A stretch of DNA of 59,463 nucleotides, counting the filler. It is 6 parts of 6 records of this genome, joined end to end, with 100 filler letters (N's around TTAATTAATTAA, not from the genome) between each part and the next. Parts side by side here need not be neighbours in the genome. Positions count along the whole stretch, not along the records: positions 8,289 to 21,599 come from SRR31156797_20101; 5 more parts are not named here. One strand, given 5' to 3'. The translations under genes and the position numbers were made by a program. Under the pieces are notes generated by a model. It worked only from the letters and a program-made list of their open reading frames with translations. It did no database searches and had not been told where the DNA came from. Shown in pieces: positions 8,289 to 18,496 of the stretch. The stretch's first letter is position 1. Every line of letters starts with the position of its first letter.

Positions 8289-10748
8289 AATATGAAGTTC
8301 CCAGGATATATGCTTATTGTTTGGGATTTTGTTATCTATGGAAAAAAGCAGCGTATTCCTGTAGGTCCAGGAAGGGGTTCGGCAGCGGGAAGTTTAGTCG
8401 CGTATTGTCTTTTTATTACCGATATTGATCCTATGCCATATGGATTACTTTTTGAGAGGTTCTTAAATCCTGAGAGGGTATCGATGCCAGATATCGATAT
8501 GGACTTTTGTCAAAGTAGACGACAAGAGGTAATCGACTATGTTGTTGAAAAGTATGGACGAGCCAATGTGGCACAGATTATCACCTTTGGGAAACTTCTA
8601 GCAAAAGGGGTGATCCGTGATGTTGCTAGGGTACTTGATATGCCGTATGCCGAAGCAGATGCTATGGCTAAACTTATCCCTGATGAACTGGGAATCAATC
8701 TAAAAGACTCATGGGAGAAAGAGCCTAAAATAGAAGAGCTTTGCAATCGTGATAAAAAAGCAGCAAGGGTTTGGCAATATGCTTTAGCCCTTGAAGGGTT
8801 GAATAGAAATGCTGGTACTCACGCTGCTGGAGTTGTTATCTCCAATGAAGCTTTATGGAAAAAAACACCACTTTTTAAGCCCTCAGGACTAGATACTTTA
8901 GCGACACAATATAATGGAAAATATGTTGAAGATGTGGATCTGATTAAGTTTGACTTCCTTGGGTTGAAAACCCTTACAGTAATTGAAGGTGCAAATCAAC
9001 TTGTTGAAAAACGTCATGGAAAACGGATTGACTTTATCAAACAAGATGTAAATGATAAAAAAGTGTATGATCTAATCCAAACAGGTCATACGATTGGATT
9101 ATTTCAGATAGAATCTCAAGGGATGCAAGATTTGGCAAAAAGATTAAAGCCTTCAGGATTTGAAGACGTAATTGCGATGCTCGCACTTTATAGACCAGGT
9201 CCAATGGAGTCTGGGATGCTTGATGACTTTATCGATAGAAAGCATGGACGAGCTGAGATCAATTACTTTTTTGATGAGTTTGATGAACCTTTAAAGCCTA
9301 TTTTAGAAGCAACTTACGGGGTTATTGTATATCAAGAGCAGGTTATGCAGATCGTACAGACTATTGGTGGTTTTTCACTTGGTGGCGCGGACTTAGTTCG
9401 TCGTGCTATGGGGAAAAAGATCAAAGAGGAGATGGATAAACTAAAAGTTGAGTTTGCTGATGGTGGTGTAGAAAAAGGTTTTGATAGAGGGCATTGTGAG
9501 ATGCTATTCGATCTAATTGTAAAGTTTGCTGGATATGGATTTAATAAATCTCACTCAGCAGCCTATGCACTGGTGACTTTTTATACTTCTTATCTAAAAG
9601 CATACTACCCAACAGAGTTTATGGCATCACTTTTAACAAGTGAAAAAGATAATACTGATAAAGTTGTTAAGTATGTTGATGAGGTTAAAAGGTTAGGATT
9701 TGAGTTAGTTCCTCCTGATATTAATAGATCAGATCTTGTTTTTAGTGCTGATAAGATTGATGGTCAAGAGGTTGTTATGTTTGGTATGGGTGCTCTAAAA
9801 GGTGCTGGTGATGTGGCAATTAAATCGATCCTTAAAGCACGAGAAGAGGGTGATTTTAAAGATTTAAGTGATTTTGTAAGTCGAATCGATAGTTCAAAAG
9901 TAAACAAAAGGGTTTTAGAAACGTTAACTAAGTCTGGAGCATTTGATAGTTTTGGATATTCACGTCGGGCTTTACTAGAACAGATTGAGATTATCGTAGA
10001 AGCTGCAGGAAAAGCAGCTCAGGCTAAAAAGATGATGGTAGGATCACTTTTTGGAGATGATGAAGAGTTAGTGACAATTTCAGTAGAGATAGAAGATAGA
10101 CCTGAGTATGAAGATAAAGAGATCTTAGAGTTTGAAAAACAAAGTTTAGGGTTTTATGTATCTGGTCATCCACTTGATAAATATAGAGAGAGTATCAATG
10201 AGATCAAACATACACTAAGTTCTGAAATTGAGACTCTTGATGATGGGGCTGAAGCGATTATAGTTGGACAGATCGAAGAGGTCAATGAGCGAATCTCTAA
10301 AAAAGGGAATAAATTTGCCATAGCAAAGATCATGGATTTACATGGAAGTTTAGAGTTGATGCTTTTTGAAGATAGGATCAAAGAGCTTGAAGAAGATTTT
10401 GATACCTCTAAACCAATTGCTTTTAAAGTAAGAGCAAAAGTAAATGATTTTGGGACACAACTGAGTCTTATGAAATTAGAAACTTTAAAAGAAGCAAAAA
10501 GTGAAAAGCTAAAAAAAGGGAAAAAAGTGGAGAAAAAACTTGATCCACTTCATATAGCCATTGAGTTTGCTAATGATGATAGGATTATTTACGAGTTGTT
10601 TGATGTGATCTCTAAAAATCAAGGGAAGCGTGAAATTAGTATCACCATTAAATCAAAGCTTGGGGATATAAAAATAGATAGTAGTTATTATGTGAATAAT
10701 ACTGTTGAGGGATTATTGCAAAATATGGATGGAGTTTATGTGGCTTAA
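8289..10748 (+). CDS. dnaE: DNA polymerase III alpha subunit (5' partial)
   Basis: GPGRGSAAGS, FERFLNPERVSMPDIDMDF, KFDFLGL and YGFNKSHSAAY motifs; C-terminal OB fold. Confidence 0.97.
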   Translation, partial: NMKFPGYMLIVWDFVIYGKKQRIPVGPGRGSAAGSLVAYCLFITDIDPMPYGLLFERFLNPERVSMPDIDMDFCQSRRQEVIDYVVEKYGRANVAQIITFGKLLAKGVIRDVARVLDMPYAEADAMAKLIPDELGINLKDSWEKEPKIEELCNRDKKAARVWQYALALEGLNRNAGTHAAGVVISNEALWKKTPLFKPSGLDTLATQYNGKYVEDVDLIKFDFLGLKTLTVIEGANQLVEKRHGKRIDFIKQDVNDKKVYDLIQTGHTIGLFQIESQGMQDLAKRLKPSGFEDVIAMLALYRPGPMESGMLDDFIDRKHGRAEINYFFDEFDEPLKPILEATYGVIVYQEQVMQIVQTIGGFSLGGADLVRRAMGKKIKEEMDKLKVEFADGGVEKGFDRGHCEMLFDLIVKFAGYGFNKSHSAAYALVTFYTSYLKAYYPTEFMASLLTSEKDNTDKVVKYVDEVKRLGFELVPPDINRSDLVFSADKIDGQEVVMFGMGALKGAGDVAIKSILKAREEGDFKDLSDFVSRIDSSKVNKRVLETLTKSGAFDSFGYSRRALLEQIEIIVEAAGKAAQAKKMMVGSLFGDDEELVTISVEIEDRPEYEDKEILEFEKQSLGFYVSGHPLDKYRESINEIKHTLSSEIETLDDGAEAIIVGQIEEVNERISKKGNKFAIAKIMDLHGSLELMLFEDRIKELEEDFDTSKPIAFKVRAKVNDFGTQLSLMKLETLKEAKSEKLKKGKKVEKKLDPLHIAIEFANDDRIIYELFDVISKNQGKREISITIKSKLGDIKIDSSYYVNNTVEGLLQNMDGVYVA

Positions 10749-10789
10749 GGCTTTTATAAAAGCTATTTAGAGAGCTTAAAACATCAATG

Positions 10790-10798
10790 TGATATAAT
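10790..10798 (+). promoter_or_regulatory. Extended -10 promoter for metY-metX-xseB
   Basis: TGaTATAAT ending 27 nt before the ATG, followed by AAGAGG RBS. Confidence 0.6.
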
Positions 10799-10825
10799 TG
10801 TAAATTATTATTTAAAAGAGGAAAT

Positions 10826-12097
10826 ATGCAAAAAGAAACAATAGCATTACATGCAGGATATGAAAAAGATACTCAATGGACAATGGCAGTTCCTATTTAT
10901 ATGAGTACTGCATATGATTTTGGAAGTGCAGATTTTGCAGCAAGTAGTTTTAATCTTGAACAGGGTACGGATCATGTGTATACACGTGTAGGAAATCCAA
11001 CAAATGCCACTTTGGAAAGAAGATTTGCAGCTGTAGAAGGTGGAAGTGCCGCATTGGCAGTGGCAAGTGGAATGAGTGCTATATTTTATGCTATTTTAAA
11101 TATTGTAGAAGCAGGGGACAATATAATAGTATCCAATAAACTTTACGGTGGAACTATTACTCTTTTTACTCAAACACTTAAAAGACTTGGTATTGAATCT
11201 AGATTTTTTGATATTCATAATCCTGATGAAATAGAACAGTTAATTGATGAAAAATCGAGATGTATTTTTTTTGAAACTATTTCAAATCCTAGTATCGATG
11301 TTCCAAATTTTGATGAGATTATAAAAATTGCAAACTCTCAGAATATTTTGACAATTGTCGATAATACTGTAGCGACTCCTTTTTTGTGTCAACCTCTTCT
11401 TCTAGGGATAGATATTGTAGTTCATAGTACTAGTAAATATACTACGGGACAAGGATTATCAATAGGTGGATTGATTGTTGAAAGAGAAAATCTTGTAGAA
11501 AAAATAAAAGGAAATAGTAGATACAAATATTTTAATGAACCAGAACCAAGTTATCATGGTTTGATATTTGCAGATTGTCCAGCAAGTTTTATGCTCTTTA
11601 CTTTTAGAGCAAGAATGATACTTCAAAGAGATACAGGAGCAGTTGCAAGCCCATTTAATTCATGGTTGTTTATTCAAGGTTTAGAAACTTTATCATTAAG
11701 AATGAAGCAACATAGTACAACAGCTTTAAAAATTGCCCGATTCTTACAATCAATTCCTCAAGTCAAAAGTGTAAATTATCCATTATTAGAGAATAATAAA
11801 AATTTTATGAATGCTAATAAATATTTACAAAATGGAGCAAGTGGATTAGTTAGTTTTGAAGTTGAAAATTATGAAATGGCAAAAACTATTTTAGATAAAG
11901 TAGAGATTTTTTCTATTGTGGCAAATATTGGAGATAGTAAATCAATAATTAATCATTCTGCATCAACAACTCATCAACAGTTAACAAAAGAAGAGCTAAA
12001 AAATGCGGGAATAGGGGAAGGTCTTATTAGATTAAGTATCGGTTTAGAAAATAGCGATGATCTTATTGATGATCTTAAAAAGGCGTTGGAAGTATAA
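10826..12097 (+). CDS. metY: O-acetylhomoserine aminocarboxypropyltransferase (sulfhydrylase), Cys/Met PLP family
   Basis: YTRVGNPT, DNTVATP, HSTSKY (PLP lysine), NIGDSKS, STTHQQL; adjacent to metX. Confidence 0.88.
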   Translation: MQKETIALHAGYEKDTQWTMAVPIYMSTAYDFGSADFAASSFNLEQGTDHVYTRVGNPTNATLERRFAAVEGGSAALAVASGMSAIFYAILNIVEAGDNIIVSNKLYGGTITLFTQTLKRLGIESRFFDIHNPDEIEQLIDEKSRCIFFETISNPSIDVPNFDEIIKIANSQNILTIVDNTVATPFLCQPLLLGIDIVVHSTSKYTTGQGLSIGGLIVERENLVEKIKGNSRYKYFNEPEPSYHGLIFADCPASFMLFTFRARMILQRDTGAVASPFNSWLFIQGLETLSLRMKQHSTTALKIARFLQSIPQVKSVNYPLLENNKNFMNANKYLQNGASGLVSFEVENYEMAKTILDKVEIFSIVANIGDSKSIINHSASTTHQQLTKEELKNAGIGEGLIRLSIGLENSDDLIDDLKKALEV

Positions 12098-13207
12098 TTG
12101 AAAATATTCACAGATACTGTAAAATTTGATAAACCTTTATATCTTGAAAGTGGTAGGGTACTAGAACCATATGAGATAAAGTATGAAACATATGGTGAGA
12201 TGAACGAGGATAAGTCAAATATCATCGTGATCACCCATGCTTTAACAGGATCTCATCATGCTGCGGGATATTATGAGGGTGATAGAAAACCAGGATATTG
12301 GAATGGCTTTATCGGTGATGGAAAAGCGATCGATACCCAGAAATATTTTGTAATAGCAACCAATAATATTGGAAGTTGTTTTGGAAGTACTGGTCCTATG
12401 AGTCCTATGAAAAATGCAGAACCATACCGTTTTAAATTTCCAGTTCTTACTATTAGTGATATTGTAAAAGCACAGGTGACTCTTTTTAAACATCTAGGAA
12501 TAGAGAAAGTAAAAGCAGTGATTGGTGGAAGTATGGGAGGGATGCAAGCACTTTGTTATGCTATAGAGTATCCTGAATTTGCAGAGATTATTATCCCTAT
12601 GGCAACTACAGCCTATACACGACCATGGGCAATGGCATTTAATAAAATAGCAGTAGAAGCTATTAAAAATGATCCAGAATTTAAAGATGGATATTATGAC
12701 CCAAAGGATATCAAAGAAAAAGGACTCAATGGTCTTGCGATTGGACGAATGGCAGGGCATATAAGTTATCTCTCCCGTGATTCTATGATGAAAAAATTTG
12801 GGCGACACTATCTTGAACAAGATGGTTTGTATGAGCTTTTTGGAAGATTTCAAGTGGAGAGTTATTTAGAATATAATGGGTATAACTTTCCACACTATTT
12901 TGATCCATTGAGTTATCTTTATATTATAAAGACTATCAATATTTTTAATGCAGCACGTGGAAGTGATAAATTAGAAGATGTATTTGCAAAAGTAAAAGCA
13001 AAACTGCATCTGCTTTCATTTAGTGGAGATGTACTTTTTTATCCTGAAGAGATGGAAGAGATATATGAGATTATGCATAAAATCGGAAGTGGTCATCTTT
13101 GTACGTATGAAGAGATTAAAAGTGATTATGGGCATGATGCCTTTTTAGTAGAGATTGATAAATTTGCAGATAAAGTAGTTGCAATGTTGGAGGGAACATA
13201 TGAGTGA
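12098..13207 (+). CDS. metX: Homoserine O-acetyltransferase (alpha/beta hydrolase fold)
   Basis: HALTG, GGSMGGMQA and GHDAFL motifs; TTG start abuts the metY stop. Confidence 0.93.
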   Translation: MKIFTDTVKFDKPLYLESGRVLEPYEIKYETYGEMNEDKSNIIVITHALTGSHHAAGYYEGDRKPGYWNGFIGDGKAIDTQKYFVIATNNIGSCFGSTGPMSPMKNAEPYRFKFPVLTISDIVKAQVTLFKHLGIEKVKAVIGGSMGGMQALCYAIEYPEFAEIIIPMATTAYTRPWAMAFNKIAVEAIKNDPEFKDGYYDPKDIKEKGLNGLAIGRMAGHISYLSRDSMMKKFGRHYLEQDGLYELFGRFQVESYLEYNGYNFPHYFDPLSYLYIIKTINIFNAARGSDKLEDVFAKVKAKLHLLSFSGDVLFYPEEMEEIYEIMHKIGSGHLCTYEEIKSDYGHDAFLVEIDKFADKVVAMLEGTYE

Positions 13208-13406
13208 AGAGATAAATGAACACAAAGAGTCATTCGAAGTAAAATTGGATGAAGCAGGGAAGCTTTTAGAAAAGTTGATTGATCCAAATATCACTTTGAG
13301 TGATAGTGTAAAGGTTTATAAAGAGGGGATGGGAAAATTAGAATCTGCTCAAAAACTTTTAGATGAAGCAAAATTAGAGTTTCAAGAGCTAACAGCACAA
13401 AAGTAA
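13200..13406 (+). CDS. xseB: Exodeoxyribonuclease VII small subunit
   Basis: SFEVKLDEA...TLSDSVKVYKEG...AQKLLDEA pattern; ATG 13200 overlaps the end of metX. Confidence 0.85.
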   Translation: MSEEINEHKESFEVKLDEAGKLLEKLIDPNITLSDSVKVYKEGMGKLESAQKLLDEAKLEFQELTAQK

Positions 13407-13419
13407 AAAAGGAGTAGAG

Positions 13420-14151
13420 ATGCAAGGGAGAACAAGAAGTTTTTTTGAAGATGTGGTTGTTCTTTTAGTCATCGTACTTGTAATAGGAGCAGGATATTAT
13501 TTCTTTTTTTCAAATAATGAAGAGGAGATAAAACCTCCTGTAATAGAGCAAAAGGTAGAAATAACAGAAGAAAAAATAGATTCTATAGAAGAACAATCTT
13601 TAAATCAAGAAGTTCAAGAAGTTGAAGAGTCTACACAGACTAAAATAGTTGAACAAAACTCTCAAAAAACAGATGAATCTTTGAAAGAAGAGCTACAAAA
13701 AGAATCGAAGCAAATTCAAGATAGTCAAGATACTAAAGAAGATATAAAAACGCCTAAGATTCCACAAAAACAGATTCAAGAAGAGGTATTGAAGAAAAAT
13801 GATGAGCCAAAGGCTAAAAAAGTGGATCCAAAAAGAATTGCACATCTTGTAAAAAATGTTGATCTTAAAGCCTTACAACAATTTAAAAATGATGTAAAGC
13901 AAGCGATGAAAGACAAGATAGTTTTAAATAAAGAAAAAGACAAAAAAGTGCAAAGTTTCAGTATACGTGTAACTGTACTTAAAAATGGAGAATACGAACA
14001 GTTAATTCATACAGGTGGAGATAAAGAAACATATGAAAACAATAAGGAGAACTTACTTCAGGTATTCCCTTTAAATATTGAGGATAATATAAAACAAGAT
14101 TTCCCTAGATATTTAAGATATACCTTTAAGTTTAACAATAATGACAATTAA
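13420..14151 (+). CDS. Single-pass membrane protein with E/Q/K-rich linker and possible TonB/TolA-like C-terminal domain
   Basis: N-terminal TM helix, long charged spacer, C-terminal SIRVTVLKNG...TGGD...FPL...YTFKF; AAGGAG RBS. The ORF is solid, the domain call is tentative. Confidence 0.6.
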   Translation: MQGRTRSFFEDVVVLLVIVLVIGAGYYFFFSNNEEEIKPPVIEQKVEITEEKIDSIEEQSLNQEVQEVEESTQTKIVEQNSQKTDESLKEELQKESKQIQDSQDTKEDIKTPKIPQKQIQEEVLKKNDEPKAKKVDPKRIAHLVKNVDLKALQQFKNDVKQAMKDKIVLNKEKDKKVQSFSIRVTVLKNGEYEQLIHTGGDKETYENNKENLLQVFPLNIEDNIKQDFPRYLRYTFKFNNNDN

Positions 14152-14239
14152 GAATTATACAATTCTTAATTTTAGCTTTATAAAGATTTAAGTAAAGATA
14201 TGTGATACTTTTGCAATACTTAAGGAAGATAGTATCCAC

Positions 14240-15805
14240 ATGCAAAATAATTTATACGAACATATCATTTACGATTCTGGATTTGTTACAAAAACCAATT
14301 TACAGGGTGAAATAACTTTTATTAATGACAACTACTGTAAAATCAGCGGCTATGAATGTTCTGAGATCTTAGGACAAACTCATAAGATCTTTCATCATGA
14401 AAATAGAGATCATAGTGTAGATAAAGAGTTATGGGAAAGTATAAGATCTGGGAAAGTTTATAAAACCATATTTACAAACTCTACAAAAGATGGCAGACTT
14501 TTTTATATGGATACATCAATCTATCCAATTACAAATAATGATGGAAAAATTGAAGAGTTTGTTTCTTTTGGGACAAATCTTACGCACTACATAGATATTA
14601 TCACATATGACCGTTTAACAGGTCTTAAAAATAGAGATACTTTAAAAAATGATATTGTCCAAGGAAAAAACTATATGTGTATTGTTGCTAATATAGATAA
14701 TTTTTCTGATATTACAGAATTTTATGGGGGATCAGTTGGAGATAGGGTGATTCAAGAAACTGCAAGGCGATTAAAACATGTTTTTAAACAAAGTATGGTG
14801 TATCGTTTACAAGGGGATGAGTTTGCTATATTTAGGGCATTAGATGATACATATGATGCAACACTTTTAGAAAATGAAGCAAAATATAAGATACGATCAA
14901 TTTTTGAAAATACTTTTTTTAAAGATGATCTTGATATTTTACTCACCGCAACTTCTGGAATAAGTATAGGAAATGATAATTATTTGCGTAATGCAAATTT
15001 AGCTTTTAAAGATGCAAAAAATAAAAACCTTAGTTACTCTATTTATAATGATGACCTATTAGAACTTTTTGCAAATTTTACTATTAATAAAGAGGTAGCA
15101 TCAGATATAAAAAAAGCGATTAAAGAGGATCAGATTATCCCTTATTATCAACCGATTATTGATAATAAAACGGGGAAAATAGTAAAATATGAAGCTTTAG
15201 CTAGACTTATTAAAGAGGATGAGGTGGTAAGTCCAGGAGCCTTTATCGATGTGTCTAAAAAAATTAAATATTATCACAAGATCACCAGAGCTATTTTAAA
15301 AAAGAGTTTTGAACATTTTGGAGTGAATCGTGATATTGGAGTGAGTATAAATATTACAATTGAAGATATTGCAAATGTACGAATCTTTAATTTGATTATA
15401 GATCTTTTGAATAAAAATGAATATAATCAAAACATCACTTTTGAGATCGTTGAGAGCGAAAGGATAGAAGATGATCAACTTTTTAACCGATTTATCAACA
15501 CTATTAAGCAATATGGAGCTAAAATCTCAATAGATGATTTTGGTACAGGATATTCTAATTTTGTATATTTAGCAAAACTTGAACCAGATTATCTTAAAAT
15601 CGATGGAAGTTTAATAAAAAATATTCATAATACTAAAGAGTTTGATGTAGTCAAGACTATTATAGAGTTTACTAAAATGTATGAGATTAAAACAGTTGCT
15701 GAGTTTGTGGAAGATGAAGATCTTTATATACTAGTAAAAGAGTTGGGGATCGATTATTCACAGGGATATTTTTTTGGAAAGCCTTTGTCTATAGATGAGA
15801 TTTAA
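14240..15805 (+). CDS. PAS-GGDEF-EAL protein, probably a c-di-GMP phosphodiesterase
   Basis: PAS N-terminus; degenerate QGDEF; intact YEALARL, DDFGTGYS, KIDGS, AEFVE, QGY. Confidence 0.9.
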   Translation: MQNNLYEHIIYDSGFVTKTNLQGEITFINDNYCKISGYECSEILGQTHKIFHHENRDHSVDKELWESIRSGKVYKTIFTNSTKDGRLFYMDTSIYPITNNDGKIEEFVSFGTNLTHYIDIITYDRLTGLKNRDTLKNDIVQGKNYMCIVANIDNFSDITEFYGGSVGDRVIQETARRLKHVFKQSMVYRLQGDEFAIFRALDDTYDATLLENEAKYKIRSIFENTFFKDDLDILLTATSGISIGNDNYLRNANLAFKDAKNKNLSYSIYNDDLLELFANFTINKEVASDIKKAIKEDQIIPYYQPIIDNKTGKIVKYEALARLIKEDEVVSPGAFIDVSKKIKYYHKITRAILKKSFEHFGVNRDIGVSINITIEDIANVRIFNLIIDLLNKNEYNQNITFEIVESERIEDDQLFNRFINTIKQYGAKISIDDFGTGYSNFVYLAKLEPDYLKIDGSLIKNIHNTKEFDVVKTIIEFTKMYEIKTVAEFVEDEDLYILVKELGIDYSQGYFFGKPLSIDEI

Positions 15806-15821
15806 AAAGAGGTAATTTGAT

Positions 15822-16874
15822 ATGTTAGGGTATTTTAAAAAAGATAAAAACTCTAGTTCTGCCAATGAAGATTTAATCTATGAATATGTTTTAGAAGAGA
15901 TGGCACATGGATCTCCTAATAAAGGGATACTTACAAAAGCTGTTTTAGAATCAGGGGGTGATGATGAAAAGGCAAAATCCTTATATCTAAAATATCGTGT
16001 TGAAGCTATTGAAAACAAGATAAAATCACTAGAGATAGATGTACGAAAATACTCAAAAGAAGAGCTATACACTTATATAGAAAATGATTTTAAAACCTAT
16101 AAAAAAAATAGTTTTTTTAAAATTCTATTCTATTTGATCATTATTTTAATTATTATTGGAGTTTTAGCAATAGCATATACTTTTATTCCAAAACAGAATT
16201 TCAATAGCCAAAGTATTGTAAAATCTGTACAAAACAAGATCACCCCTTTTGTTAAAAGCGGTACCATTCATGATAGTTATGGAAATATTTATAAAGAGGT
16301 GGTTTCTCCTTATACAAAAAAAGTATGGTTAGATAGAAACTTAGGAGCTACGAGAGTATGTGAAAGCTTTGATGATGATAAATGTTATGGAAGTTATTTC
16401 CAGTGGGGAAGAGGTGCTGATGGGCATGAGAAACATACTGTTGAGATCACTACAGACCTAGCAAAGCAGAGTGATCCTGGGCATAGCGATTTTATTGTAG
16501 GATATGCTGAAAATAGATATGACTGGATCACAGTGCAAGATAATACTTTATGGAAAGGATTATATGCGACAAATAATCCTTGTCCAAATGGATTTAGAAT
16601 CCCATCAACGGGAGAGTTTAAAAAAGAGCTGATTGATAATGGTGGAAACAATTTACACAAAGGGTATATGTCATTTTTAAAGCTTCCTACTTCTGGGTAT
16701 AGAAACTATAGCGGAGTGATAGATTATCAAGGTTTTGAGGGGAGATATTGGACAAGTTCAGTTAAAGAGCAGTTTGCATTATCTTTTAATACAGTAAGTA
16801 ATAGTGGCAAACCATATATGTTCTTTTTTGAAAGGGCCAATGGATACTCAGTGAGATGTATCAAAGATCAATAA
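15822..16874 (+). CDS. Membrane-anchored protein with FISUMP/Fib_succ_major-like C-terminal domain
   Basis: Cytoplasmic N-domain, one TM helix, then WLDRNLGA, YFQWGR, NPCPNGFRIPS, YWTSS, GYSVRCIKD. Confidence 0.75.
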   Translation: MLGYFKKDKNSSSANEDLIYEYVLEEMAHGSPNKGILTKAVLESGGDDEKAKSLYLKYRVEAIENKIKSLEIDVRKYSKEELYTYIENDFKTYKKNSFFKILFYLIIILIIIGVLAIAYTFIPKQNFNSQSIVKSVQNKITPFVKSGTIHDSYGNIYKEVVSPYTKKVWLDRNLGATRVCESFDDDKCYGSYFQWGRGADGHEKHTVEITTDLAKQSDPGHSDFIVGYAENRYDWITVQDNTLWKGLYATNNPCPNGFRIPSTGEFKKELIDNGGNNLHKGYMSFLKLPTSGYRNYSGVIDYQGFEGRYWTSSVKEQFALSFNTVSNSGKPYMFFFERANGYSVRCIKDQ

Positions 16875-16877
16875 TAA

Positions 16878-18038
16878 TCAATGGGAATATATCTCAATTT
16901 TATTTCGTCCATTTGCTTTAGCAGAATAAAGAGCTGTATCTGCTAATTTAAAGGCATCTTTAAAACTTCTTGATTCATTTGGATGTAGATTGATTCCTAT
17001 AGAGATAGTTACTTTAAGTTTTTCACCTTTTGGTGTGAGAAACTCTTTTTCTTGAATATTTTTAAAAATCCGTTCAACTATTTTGAGGGAATATTCTCTA
17101 CTATGTTTTTGTTTTTTGACTAGAATAACAAACTCTTCCCCACCATATCGTATTAAAATATCTTCATGGGATCTCATTGATTGAAGCATGGTTTTTGCCA
17201 CTTCTTGTAAAATAATATCTCCCACATCATGACCATATTGATCATTGATCTTTTTAAAATGATCAATATCTACAGCACTTAAAATATATTCTTGGAGATT
17301 GATCGTATCTTCGATACTTTGTAAATAGTTTCTATTATAAGTATTGGTAAGTTTATCAGTATACGCTGTTTTTTTCACTCTAAAATATTTGAAGGTTTGG
17401 ATTAATAAAATAGTAGTAAAAATAAGAACAATAAAAATAATAGAGATAAGAATGTTTTTTACAAAAGTGATGATCTTATTGATATCTTCTTGTTGATCAA
17501 TAGAAAAATCTATAGCTAGTATCATCTTTACTTCATTATTTCTGATCAAAGGAACTAAATACGTGATAGATAATTGGTGAAGTAGAGGCTGTTTGATAAA
17601 AACAGGTTTTTTTGTTTCAAAGATCTGATGCCATTTTGAGCTTTGAATATCAAGTTTTTGATTTATAAATGCTTTTTCATCATTTTTTGCTCCATCAGCT
17701 AAAAATCGATAAGTTCCTTTTGTATCTTTATATAAAAGATATGCATATTTGATATTTTTTGTAACAAGAATGGAAAGTTTTGTATCAATCTTTCGCTGGA
17801 TTTGGGTAGATTCAAGAATCGATTGAATACAGTTTTTGGAATTTGAAAGATTATTTTGAATAGATCTTGCAGTGTTTTTTGTAATTGCTAAAATATCTTT
17901 TGTAGCTATCTCTATCATATTCTCTTCAAATTGAGTTTCTAGTTTATTAATCCCATAAAGTAGGATTAATAGAGCAAAAGAGATAATAATGGAGAGAACT
18001 ATAAGGGAAAAACGATTATTAAGGATATTTTTTTTCAT
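16878..18038 (-). CDS. Membrane-bound diguanylate cyclase with periplasmic sensor domain
   Basis: Two TM helices flanking a periplasmic domain; TDKLT, DIDHFKKINDQYGHDVGD, RYGGEEF, ADTALYSAKANGRN. Confidence 0.92.
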   Translation of the reverse strand: MKKNILNNRFSLIVLSIIISFALLILLYGINKLETQFEENMIEIATKDILAITKNTARSIQNNLSNSKNCIQSILESTQIQRKIDTKLSILVTKNIKYAYLLYKDTKGTYRFLADGAKNDEKAFINQKLDIQSSKWHQIFETKKPVFIKQPLLHQLSITYLVPLIRNNEVKMILAIDFSIDQQEDINKIITFVKNILISIIFIVLIFTTILLIQTFKYFRVKKTAYTDKLTNTYNRNYLQSIEDTINLQEYILSAVDIDHFKKINDQYGHDVGDIILQEVAKTMLQSMRSHEDILIRYGGEEFVILVKKQKHSREYSLKIVERIFKNIQEKEFLTPKGEKLKVTISIGINLHPNESRSFKDAFKLADTALYSAKANGRNKIEIYSH

Positions 18039-18496
18039 TATAAGTCTTCTATAAACTGCTCATACTCTTTTGATAGTTGAATATTATTTTTTCTCAATCT
18101 ATTTTTAATAAAAACAATATTTGGCCGACTTTTACTCCAGAAAAATGCACCTAAATAGTTTGGATCAGACATTAATTTTCTATAGTTATTTGTAAGAAGA
18201 TATTGATCGTCTCTTTTTTTAGAACAAGATTCTTTTTCTCCATATTTTACAAAGATGAAGTTTGCTTCTTCACATGACTCTACAAGGGTAGTATTTGTAG
18301 AATAGATTTTTTTATCTAAACTTTTTTGATTTGGGATAAAAAGTTTAATTTGTCTATTTGCGAGGATCTCTTTAGCAATCTTTGTAACGATCTTTGCTTC
18401 AAGTTCAGTCTCTTTTGAATACTCATCGATTAAATAAGTATAACTTTTTGCAAAGAGTAATGATGGTAATAAAAAAAGGAAAAAAAGCTTTTTCAA
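18038..18496 (-). CDS. Exported small protein, tentatively a remote YfiR/DUF4154-like periplasmic regulator
   Basis: TTG at 18496 overlaps the receptor stop (TTGA) with AGGTGG upstream; signal peptide MKKLFFLFLLPSLLFA; two Cys; stop overlaps the cyclase start (TAATG). Confidence 0.65.
   Translation of the reverse strand: MKKLFFLFLLPSLLFAKSYTYLIDEYSKETELEAKIVTKIAKEILANRQIKLFIPNQKSLDKKIYSTNTTLVESCEEANFIFVKYGEKESCSKKRDDQYLLTNNYRKLMSDPNYLGAFFWSKSRPNIVFIKNRLRKNNIQLSKEYEQFIEDL

Noticed and set aside
8292-10748. Possible split or intein-containing dnaE
   Set aside because: The missing N-terminus is explained by the contig edge; motifs are collinear and I see no intein signature.
16700-16874. Possible diversity-generating retroelement target (C-terminal YWTSS...GYSVRC lectin-like region)
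   Set aside because: I saw no template-repeat copy differing at adenines and no reverse transcriptase in the contig; a remote DGR cannot be excluded.
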